Assembly (NCBI GenBank): GCA_022813965.1
Contig: JALDZS010000227.1
Coordinates: forward strand, 1-34,731
Source of the DNA: Toensbergia leucococca
Taxonomy: Eukaryota
Reading direction: 5' to 3'
DNA length: 34,731 nt
Made by a program: the position numbers and the translations under genes. Below the pieces are notes generated by a model. The model was not told the DNA's origin and made no database searches. It saw only the letters and a program-made list of their open reading frames with translations. How positions within the stretch are numbered: the stretch's first letter is position 1; each line of letters starts with the position of its first letter. Positions 25,461-34,731 of this stretch are shown here, piece by piece.

Positions 25461-25740
25461 TAAGCCCTTTGCGGTACCACGTGCCTACCTACGAGCCTAC
25501 CCAGTGTCTCCCATAGATCCTACGCTAACCAAATCAAGCATGTATAGACATCGGCTAAGCGAGATAAGGGGAGGGCTGGACTTTGAACGCAGCTTTATCA
25601 TATGGTCTCGCCGCCTTCCCCCACTTCCGTTGGGTCTTTTCCATACTTCCTGCACAAGTCACACAGAACACACTCAGAGGAGAAGATCACCGTCTCACTA
25701 TCCTGCGTGTCCTTGAGAGGGTGGTCCCTCGCTTTTGGTC

Positions 25741-26818
25741 ATGTCAAACGTATGCTTTGCCTTTGGGCCTCAGAACAGCTATCTATTGAATTGCCCATCT
25801 AAATGGGCTAGGTCCGTTCGGATTCCCCCAATTTCCTGACCATCCGAAGGAACTAACACAAGAAACAACAGAAACAACCTACCAGCCGCCATCGATAGAC
25901 TCTTCACAAAGCAGCCGCCCATTAAAGACGTTTATGAACTGGCCCTCGGTCCCGCCGACTCCTACTACATCGGCTACAAAGACGCCGACAACAAACTCTA
26001 CTGCATGAACCACGGCCTCCCTGCTACCCTGGAGAAATATCTCTCTGTCAACGCCAAAGGCTTTGTGGAACATGACATCCCCACCACGATGATCACCCTG
26101 GGCCCCAACGGCAGCTATGTCGTCAAAGACAAGAACAAGATGCAATGGTGCGGCATTCCAGAACCCCTGGCAGTCCGTTTGCGCAGCTCCAAGACCGCTG
26201 GCACCAAATTAGTCGCTCTAGGCGTCGACAATACATACGTCGTCGTCAATACGGATGGGTCTGGCTTGCGGAACCTAAGCGACAAGTACACGAGGCTGGA
26301 AGAGCTCCTGGCAAACATGAAAAGTTTTGCTGAAATTCATGTAAGCCGCACCTTCCATAGCCACCTTCCTAGACCACCGTCGTCGATGGAGCTGTATCCT
26401 CTTCATCCCTTCAATCACTAACAAGTGCTCGCAACAGTACCTCTCTCTCTCCACCTTCAACTCCATCGCCTCCAGTGGCGCCCCCGACAACCCTTTATTC
26501 ATGCTCGTCAGAAAGAACGGCTCCAGCGAAGGCTTAATGCCAGACGGCCACGAGAAGAACTTCAAGGACATCATCAACAGTCTACCAAACATGATACCAG
26601 CATCAACCCGTCCTCAAACGCGAGGCAAATCCAGCTCCAGCTCCAGTTTTCTCAAAATGCTCTCGGGCGCCGCCAAAGCCGCTAATCTAGCCAATCAGGT
26701 GATAAATGGCGGGAACGGCGGTGGTGGAGGAGGAGGAGGAGGAGGCGGGGGGTATAGTGATGGGAACAACTACGACACATCTGGCTTCTCGGCGGGACTG
26801 CAGCAGCAGCAGACATGA
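25741..26818 (+). CDS. Hypothetical protein (~306 aa) with four LGPxxSY-type repeats and a Gly/Gln-rich tail; exons 25741-25811, 25872-26340, 26438-26818
   Basis: Introns with CTAAC branch points join the ORF pieces in frame. Repeats are FGPQNSY, LGPADSY, LGPNGSY and LGVDNTY. Confidence 0.7.
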
Positions 26819-27769
26819 TCGAGTACAGGGGATGCGGCTGGCGATCCAATCCAATGATTCGGGAGATGGTTGATGTTCAGAGATCTTTCCGGCGTTGTGG
26901 CTCTACCCCTTCGGTTGGCGAAAGGCAGCTTACTCGCTTACTGCACGGGCGCCGTGGATCTGCCCCTTCTGATCGCAGGCACGTGACTACACGATCGATG
27001 AGGAGTCGGAGTTGCTGTTCCTACCTGCGCAGCGATGGGGGCACTTTCGTTTATCATCGAAAATGGCCCAAAGCTGGGGGCGTGCCAGTGCGGAGGAGCA
27101 AAGTGTTTCGATTGCGCGGGATGAAAATGCACGCTTCGTTCTGGCAGGGGTATAAACGTTATAATGTATGTATGGATGTGGATAACTCCACCGATAATAT
27201 TGGCGGCACATACAGAAGCCGATTTATCAGATTCATTAAGAACAATCACTTTTTTAAGATTATTTAATGAAATTTAACATTGATACTCGGGCGTTCTCAT
27301 GATTATCACGCTCACGGTGACAACTGAAACCGGACGTAGTTGAATTTGAGCTCACTCACCAAACCCATTTGAATAGAACTTGTAGAGAGGTCGAGAATTG
27401 GGTGCAAAGGTGGTGAGAAATTGCGATGGTTTTTTATGTGTCTGAAGGCCTCACTATTGCTCAATTAGATATGGTAATGAGGGGGGGTGTCAGAATATGA
27501 TTACCCTACGAATATGACCGTGCTATCTTTTTTTGACAGTATGACTTCATGCTAGACTAAATGATACCTTTCAGTCGTCATAGAGCCTGATCACTTATCT
27601 GAATGATGGAGTCTCCAAATCACAATTTGAGATACAGGACAAGACAGAAATATTTAAAAACAACGCCCTTTCCCAAGCAAGAAGATCTGATGCTCATTTT
27701 CCAACCCCACTTTCATATCTTCCTGATTTCGGGATCTTTCTTCTCATGTCGAGTGGGATCGCAATCATT

Positions 27770-28597
27770 TCAGCTCATGGCTTGAATAGCCATCTCGATT
27801 TCGTAATTGTTCTGAGCAGAATCTTCGAGACACCAGATCACGACGTTGATAGCTCCTTGACTATGCAAACTACTCCACACCGTGTATATGTCTTGCGGTT
27901 GCAGTCCCCTTGGAATCGACGTAGTCGAGCAGATGCCCAAGGAGATCTCTTGATATCCGTTCGACTGCCGGTTCGGATTCTTGCTGGCAAGGCTGGCATA
28001 CTTGTCGAGATATGCTTGCACATCTGTAAGACCGTCCGCATATGCCTGATAGTTGAATGCAGGGATCCATGAGCTGTCATCGACGAACATTTGCTGGTAC
28101 ACGTCATAGGTCTTTCCAAATGGGGTGACGGAGAAGGCTGTCTGGAAGCGTGGCGGGAATTTCGGGCTATCGTTCATGAGCTGGATGAGTTGCTCCATGA
28201 CGGGGAGGAAAGCGGTATCAAGATTATCCTCGTAATCGAGATCGAATCCGTCCAAGTGATACATGTTCTTCATGTTTGTCAGAGAAGCGACAGCATTGTT
28301 GACCCAGGTGTTCACGTCGGATGGATCTTGCCAGGGCCAATTGTCTCCTCCTCCAAGACTCGCAATGAAACGACGGTTCGGATTGGCTTGTTGAAGGGAT
28401 GCAATGAGTTCGGGTGTAATGGATGGATGCCAAGCAGGGGAGAAGTACCCATCGTGGTTCTGATCTCTGGCGAAAGCTAGAACAAAGACAAAGGTGAAGT
28501 TGGAGTTGGTGCTGACGGGGACATTTGTAAGATCAGGGGGAGCCCGGCCTGCAGGAGTGGCACCGACAAAGGCTAGAATCTTGGTTGTTGACTTCAT
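27770..28597 (-). CDS. GH18 chitinase-like TIM-barrel protein, narbonin/plant class IIIb-like, ~275 aa, intronless
   Basis: SLGG and intact catalytic LDGFDLDYE (DxxDxDxE), plus FNYQAYA and a terminal VVIW. Likely start is MKSTTKILAFVG at 28597. Confidence 0.85.
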   Translation of the reverse strand: MKSTTKILAFVGATPAGRAPPDLTNVPVSTNSNFTFVFVLAFARDQNHDGYFSPAWHPSITPELIASLQQANPNRRFIASLGGGDNWPWQDPSDVNTWVNNAVASLTNMKNMYHLDGFDLDYEDNLDTAFLPVMEQLIQLMNDSPKFPPRFQTAFSVTPFGKTYDVYQQMFVDDSSWIPAFNYQAYADGLTDVQAYLDKYASLASKNPNRQSNGYQEISLGICSTTSIPRGLQPQDIYTVWSSLHSQGAINVVIWCLEDSAQNNYEIEMAIQAMS

Positions 28598-28935
28598 CTT
28601 GTTATCTTGCTCTGATGCTATGTTGGAGGATAACAGTGACTTATTCGAGCGCCCCGGCTTTCCTTTATAGATCATCCTCCGACCGAGTTCTTGGATCTCA
28701 CAATGCTCACCCGTGTGATGTATCCATGAGCCCGTTGGACTTCGTAAGGGTGCTCTACCCATGACGCCTTTTCCATCTCGCTTGGACTGCGGACCTCCTA
28801 ATCGGCCTCGCTGTCAAGCATGACGGGTTCGTTGAAAGGGTTGATTTGGTGGGTGGTTTGGCAGAAAGTCAATGGTCTATGCAAGTCAGCCACGTATACG
28901 TAGTACTGGCTCCAAAAACCTTAGCAATAGGCACC

Positions 28936-29002
28936 TTCGCTTTCGCTTTCGCTTCCACCTTCGTATTCGCATCCGCATTCGCATTCGCATTCACATTCGC
29001 TT
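28936..29002 (+). repeat. Degenerate hexanucleotide microsatellite (TTCGCT/TTCGCA)n
   Basis: ttcgctttcgctttcgct...ttcgcatccgcattcgcattcgcattcacattcgc. Confidence 0.8.
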
Positions 29003-29544
29003 TGACTTTTATTCAATCTTTCAGTTTCAGTTCACTCAGCGCCACGGCCAGATTGTAGAGAAGTACTCACAATAGACGCTCAGCCTCAGGTCCAAAGTTC
29101 GGGTGCATTTGATGACAATAGTATAGTGTACTGCTTACCTATCTCACCCCCCTGGTCATGTAACTTGTGAAGCGTTGACACGTTGAGTGCCTTTATCTGA
29201 TAAGTGAGCAGCTTGATTCATGCATGATTGTATGACAGGGGGTCAAGGGGTACCTTGCCTCTTGCCTATTCTAGTAGCCTTGACGCTAAGAAGGCTATTT
29301 AAACCATTGCAGGCCATTATTAATAAATGTGGCGCACCATCTACCCCGCAGCATCAACGACCGCGGGACATATAAATACATTTAAATTTGATTTACAGAA
29401 GCTCTTAACCACCGCGATACCTAAGCTTGCCTTTTAATTATTGCTTTCCTCATGTCGTCGCTGCACGGCCACATCTACTTTTATGATAGTCTGTATAAGC
29501 TGATGTAACGGCCAGCACTCCACTTCGCGTCTTCGTGTTCGAGC

Positions 29545-29571
29545 CACAATCTACACAATCTACACAATCTA
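29545..29571 (+). repeat. (CACAATCTA)x3 tandem repeat in the TF 5' leader
   Basis: Three exact 9-mers. Confidence 0.8.
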
Positions 29572-29603
29572 CCTCAGTTAGAGGGCCTTTCTCCCTTTAA
29601 TCC

Positions 29604-30842
29604 ATGGCTCCTCGCCTAGCTCATACAAAATCACGTAATGGCTGTAAGCGGTGTAAAGCACGACGAGTGAAATGTGATGAGACGTATCCTGAATGCTCCA
29701 ATTGTACGAAACATGCAATTGCTTGCGAGTACTCGTACAGCCTCGATGTGTCATCTCAAAGTGAAAGCATGCCGCCTCCGACGGCAAGCAACATCTCAGA
29801 CTTCTCGGAAGCTGAGACTGTCTTTGGCACAAAAGGACGACGAGAGCTAGAGCTACGTTTGCTTCATCATTTCATCACCATTGTCACTTATACTTTCCCC
29901 GCTTGCAACGAACAACGCTACAGGGACTTGTGGACATTTGACGCCGTGCATTCTGGCTTCCGCTATCCTTTTCTCCTCCATGCTATCTTGGCTATCTCAG
30001 CTCTCCATCTGCTATCCGACGTCAGATCCATGTCCTACTTCTACGCTAGGGACGAGAACCAAGTCGCCGTTGAGAGAGTTGCGAGAATCCTACCCGATAC
30101 CAACAATCGCACCGATCTTGCCAAAGCTCACCAGTGGTATCTGAACATGGCAGTAAGAGAGCAGAGAGAGGCCATCTCAAACCTCAGTTCTTCGAATGCC
30201 GATGCCGTCTTCATGGCCTCGCTATTAATTTCATATCAATCTCTAAGACTAATCCCGGATCTATCGACTTCAACCTCTTACCGGCCCCCCATGCAATGGT
30301 TGAAGATGTGCAAGGCCATTGGTACCATCATTGAGGCCGCACAATCCATGGTACAGAGTGATTCAGTCATTGCTCGATTCCTCGCTTATACGACAGAACC
30401 GGACGTCAAGGACGAGATGGCAATGTTCAATCCGCTCTATCGCAAGCCTTTCGACGCTCTACTCGACTGGACTAAGTATCCAGAGCCCTGTTTGAATCTA
30501 GAGACTAGGACTGCGTATGAAAAGACTCTTGCCTATGTTGGCGGCGTATATCATGCGCTCCTTGAAAAAGAAGCACCGAGAATCATGATTCGCCGTATCG
30601 TATGCTTGGGTGTCCTGGCACCTCCACGCTATATTGAATTACTCGAACAAGGGCGCCCACGGGCGCTGGCAATTCTTGCACACCACTTGGCGCTCTCACG
30701 AGCTATTGAAGATCATTGGTGGTTTCACGGTGTGGCGGATCGAGCTGTCAATGGAATACGGAGCATATTACCAGCTGAATGGCTGTGGGCTATGGAATGG
30801 CCACTTTCAATGATTGAGGAGAAAGACGCTATGGGTCCGTAG
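29604..30842 (+). CDS. Zn(II)2Cys6 transcription factor, Upc2/Ecm22-like architecture, 412 aa, intronless
   Basis: HTKSRNGCKRCKARRVKCDETYPECSNCTKHAIAC, followed by ELRLLHHF and FLLHAILAISALHL. Confidence 0.95.
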   Translation: MAPRLAHTKSRNGCKRCKARRVKCDETYPECSNCTKHAIACEYSYSLDVSSQSESMPPPTASNISDFSEAETVFGTKGRRELELRLLHHFITIVTYTFPACNEQRYRDLWTFDAVHSGFRYPFLLHAILAISALHLLSDVRSMSYFYARDENQVAVERVARILPDTNNRTDLAKAHQWYLNMAVREQREAISNLSSSNADAVFMASLLISYQSLRLIPDLSTSTSYRPPMQWLKMCKAIGTIIEAAQSMVQSDSVIARFLAYTTEPDVKDEMAMFNPLYRKPFDALLDWTKYPEPCLNLETRTAYEKTLAYVGGVYHALLEKEAPRIMIRRIVCLGVLAPPRYIELLEQGRPRALAILAHHLALSRAIEDHWWFHGVADRAVNGIRSILPAEWLWAMEWPLSMIEEKDAMGP

Positions 30843-31570
30843 GTTCGATAATGTAATCAGGAATCGTAGACAACGATAATATAATCGAGAATCGTAGTCA
30901 ACTTATGGGATCTTTCTATCTACCAACTAAAGGTCTCGTCCTCGAAAAACATGAGGTGGAAAGATGATGGATTTCTGAGCTAAAAACTGGCTACTTAACT
31001 AGCTATCATTACGTAATCTAGCGTGCATGTGCAAAAGTCCGAATTCCCGAATCCCGAGCACCTGCCACCGAGGCCCTCGGTCTATCTAACTCCTCGAATT
31101 CCTGATCCACACCCTGGCATGAGGTCACGGGTCCTCGGTTCTGACCACTGACCCGATTCGTCGACGTGAGCCATTCAGCATGCACGTAGAAAACCAAAAA
31201 CCTTGATTTGATCCGTGCTATACGCTTGGCGCGAAAGAGGACTTTTCTGTGCCTCCAAACGCTCGTCGCGGTTCGAGGAAATCACATGTGAAGGTTATGA
31301 GTACCAATGACTGCTAATACGCGCCGTAGGTTTGAGCGCCACCAAAAAGCCTAGAGTAGCGCTTATTCTATGGCTGCCCTCGAATTAGCGTGCCAAGATC
31401 TCGCTTTCGCATTCGGATTCGTATTTCTCAGCCTGATCAATATTTATATATATCATCGGAATATATCCAAGAGGAACGAGGGGAAGCATTCATGAGACAA
31501 TCTGTCCCAGCACAACTTATTCTCCCTATCCGCATCAGTATTCCTGCCACTGTGGAATGAATTGAGTATA

Positions 31571-32537
31571 ATGCCGACCCCAAAGGAGCTCACCATGGAG
31601 GAAAAGCATCCGGAGCTCTTCACACCACAAACGAATATCGATCGACGACAATGCGAACGCGTGCTTCCCATGGAGGTGATGAATCTCGGGTTTCCAAGAA
31701 CAGGCACAATGAGTAAGTCCGGTAGTTCACAATCATACTTTTCCAGCCAATGCCACCTTTACCCTTATGTCGGTGGCCTTTTCCTAACGATTCCCAACTG
31801 AACTTATTTCTTTCATAGCAGTACAAGCAGCTCTGAACATCCTGGGCTACAATTGTTACCATTCATCCGCTTTCTTCACTAATATCCGTGACTGCGATAT
31901 GTGGAACGATGCTATGGACGCTAAATACCTTGGCCGAGGCTTACGCTTCACGCGCACCGAATGGGACCAGCTGCTAGGCAGCTGTAGCGCTGTGAGCGCT
32001 GACCCACCCGCGACCGCCTTCGCTGAGGATCTAGTCGCGGCGTATCCCGAAGCGAAGGTAATCCTGGTCGAGCGTGAGATCGAGTCGTGGTACCGGAGCT
32101 TCGATACCAACATCATCACGGTGCAATGGAGCCTGATGATCAGCTTTCTCTCCGAGCTGGATCCGTGGTACCTCCGCCCTGTGAGACGATGCCATCGCCG
32201 CTGGGCGACAGGCTGGATGGGCTCACACTCCAGGGCTGAGATGCAGGAGAAGGCAAGGCAGGCGTATGTCGACCACTATGCACTTGTCAGGCGTATCACA
32301 CCCAAGGGGCATCTGCTTGAGTATAAGCTCGAAGATGGCTGGGGACCCCTGTGCGAGTTCCTGGGCAAGCCTGTGCCTGACGTGCCGTTTCCCCACGTCA
32401 ACGATTCGGAAGCCTTGCAAGAATTGCTTACGATTGTTATCAGGAGAGGGCTCTACAATAGTTTCAAGCGTGCACTGAGGTTCATGTTTCCGCTTGCCAT
32501 CTTGGGGCTGGGTATAGGGCTATTGAGTCGCGGTTGA
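31571..32537 (+). CDS. P-loop Sulfotransfer_4-like protein with C-terminal TM anchor, ~286 aa, exons 31571-31712, 31819-32537
   Basis: V.NLGFPRTGT, ALNILGYNCYH, D.P, YPEAKVILVERE..SWYRS, LLEYKLEDGWGPLCEFLGKPVPDVPFPHVN and a hydrophobic C-terminus. Confidence 0.85.
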
Positions 32538-32848
32538 GAGTTGTGACTCATGCAACGGTGATCTTTTCATAGTGGGAGTTAATGACTTGAAATCATTTAA
32601 TAAATGTTCTTGATATCATATAATCTGTCATATAAGATACTAGTTCTTTAGTCTGTTTATCATCTGAAGTTCAATTAAAATCATATCTTATACTTCTGTA
32701 GTATCCTTTAAACAAAATCATATCTTATACTCAGTCCTTGTGCAAGGTCTGAGCTGAGAATCAATACATTCACTTGAGAAGTTCATTATACTTACTATCA
32801 ACCTTTTTAACACATTCTCACCTCATCTTTACACATCTATCTAGATAG

Positions 32849-34419
32849 TGATACGGTGCTTTCTTAGGGCTAGGGTAGTTAGGTGAGATTAGGTGAGCAA
32901 GCAACCCTAAGTGACTTGACATCACCATGATATATCTAGTGGTTTCACACCTAGATAGCTAGACATCTTTTAATTACACTCAGAATTCAGAATCTCAAAA
33001 GAGACCCTTACAAATGATAGCAACAGTAGTATTCTAGTTGCTTATTAAGTTTCTCATCATTGACTGAGGATCTATTATTCAACTCACCATTGACTGAGTA
33101 GAAGTCCTGAGTAATTCTACTCATCAAAGAACTACGTCCTCACTTCTAAATTCCTCTATAGATTGATCATTCTCTCAACCTATCAGCAACCTCTATTTAA
33201 ATTCAATTCTCTATCTAAATTGAGTTCTCTATCTAAATTCAGATTATGACTTCAGCTTTCAGGTCATTCACAGTAACCTTAGTCTTTTTATCAGAATACT
33301 CTGATTTTTATGAGAGCGTGCTGAAGTATTTTAAGCAACAACAAGAGAAGGAACAGCAAGAGAAACGCTCAGTCATATCTTCTACTTCTTTTACTACTTC
33401 TTTGTTATCAACTTCTTCATTAACATTTACTCATACATCTTCTGTCATCTCAGTCTCTCTTATTATGACAGTTGCCTTCATCACATCAACACTGATAACT
33501 TCTTTTCTCTTATTAGCTTCTTCTGTTATTTTAGATGATAAGAACATCTATTCTGAGTTCACTGAGTTCAGTGAGTTCAGTGAGTTCAGTGAGATTAGTG
33601 AGATTAGTAAGATCTTCTTCATTTCTGACTTCATTTCTGACTTCAGTTTTAACTTTATTAATGACTTCATTCTCAATATCATTGTGATCAGTGTGTATAA
33701 CAATAAAGACACATCAGAAACACTCAAGGTAGCTCTGATTACTTCCATTATTTATTCTATCATCACATATATTTTATCAGTCATAAAACTTATAATCTGA
33801 GATCTTTTTTATAATTCATGAGCCTTAATGTGCAGAGACATCATCTCAAATTCACAGACTAAATGAGATTAATCTCTGACCTTAGAATCATGATATTTAA
33901 GCATAAATTCATGCACTCAAATTGATTCAAAATCACTGAGAGATAATGTGACATTTTGACTTGCAAAAGTACAGAAATCCCTAGCAACTTGCAGGCACAT
34001 CAAAACAGCAAAGGCTCTGTAAAAAAATTGTAACACATCTATCTACTAAATCTCATAAATCTCTAGTCATTTGCAAGTGTGCAAATCAATTCAAATAAAT
34101 ATCTTTAAAACTAACAACTTTTTACAGAGAATCAGTCACTATTTTGCTTATGAAACTAATCAAATCTCTAGTATTACTTCAATCATCTTATTATCATCAT
34201 TATAATCTGAATAAATCATGATAAAGTACAAACATAGGTCATAAGAGCAAGGAAGATCATAAAAAATTTATGAGGGCATGAAATAATCTTTTGATGATAA
34301 GCAATTATTATAGTGCTTTCTTAGGGCTAAGGTAGTTAAATGAGATTAGACAAGCAAGCAACTCTAAGTGACTTAACATCACTATAATATATTTAGTGAT
34401 TTCACATCTAGATAGTTAG
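32849..34419 (+). mobile_element. Degenerate short LTR retroelement: 5' LTR 32849-33012, mutated internal region, 3' LTR 34306-34419 (truncated)
   Basis: Direct repeats TGATACGGTGCTTTCTTAGGGCT.. and TATTATAGTGCTTTCTTAGGGCT..; PBS-like AATGATAGCAACAG; the internal 33246-33800 ORF has the composition of C>T-hypermutated DNA; 9-bp GAGTTCAGT tandem near 33554-33610. Confidence 0.8.
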
Positions 34420-34731
34420 TGTTAGGGTTCAAAATGATAGTTGGTGATCCCCTTGCTATGTTGCTGTCTCGCTCCCGTTCTACGTGCTAGGATCGCGAAT
34501 ATCTAGTGTGTGAGGCCGGAACAATCGATGATCCGGGCCCGGGGACGCTAACCTAAGATAGAACCGTGACAACATGCCCACCAAAAGAGAAAAAGCCATC
34601 GCCCTCGATGGTATACCATAGGTCATGGCCTCATGCCTCTAACCGCTACCCCTTATGAGCCCATCCTCCATGCCCAGCTATTGCCCGTGTCGCCTTGCGA
34701 GCACGTCTTCCTTCTACCTTCATAATCCATA
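34420..34731 (-). mobile_element. 3' LTR (34420-34571) and adjacent 3' internal region of a younger LTR element inserted into the previous LTR
   Basis: The minus strand reads TTTTGGTGGGCATGT then TGTCACGG...CCCTAACA. It retains CpGs and begins exactly where the 34306 LTR stops aligning. Confidence 0.65.

Noticed and set aside
26815..27267. 150-aa ORF following the repeat protein
   Set aside because: No motifs, Arg-rich random composition; probably 3' UTR or intergenic.
28598..28762. 55-aa N-terminal extension of the GH18 ORF
   Set aside because: It includes a TATA-like TATAAAG and has no domain or signal character. The ATG at 28597 fits the domain start better.
33246..33800. 184-aa hydrophobic ORF as a host membrane protein
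   Set aside because: It lies inside the LTR element, and its Ser/Ile/Phe-rich composition reflects C>T hypermutation.
1..34731. Duplicated self-resistance target, CRISPR, rRNA/tRNA genes, or a Starship captain recombinase
   Set aside because: No such sequence is recognisable in the window. The numerous short antisense ORFs are shadows of real genes.

Overview
Filamentous ascomycete (Pezizomycotina-style) genomic DNA with short GT-AG introns. About 31 kb of genes sit between two blocks of mutated LTR-retrotransposon debris from one LTR family. The genes form a candidate labdane-related diterpenoid biosynthetic cluster: a ~1000-aa bifunctional class II/class I diterpene cyclase (DADD, DEYME and NDHGS motifs), a GGPP synthase, three cytochrome P450s of different types (CYP65/Tri11-like, ent-kaurene-oxidase-like, CYP58/Tri4-like), a short-chain dehydrogenase, an MCH-type MFS transporter, a PTH11/rhodopsin-domain membrane protein, a Zn2Cys6 transcription factor and a Sulfotransfer_4-like P-loop protein. 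Interspersed are a plant-like GH18 chitinase and two repeat-containing hypothetical proteins. Highlights: a possible sulfated or heavily oxidised diterpene pathway that does not match the gibberellin, aphidicolin or ent-pimaradiene cluster layouts as I know them; a P450 lacking the canonical I-helix threonine; same-family LTRs bracketing the cluster; and candidate shared promoter motifs. Exon structures were derived by hand. Family assignments come from motif recognition, not database searches.
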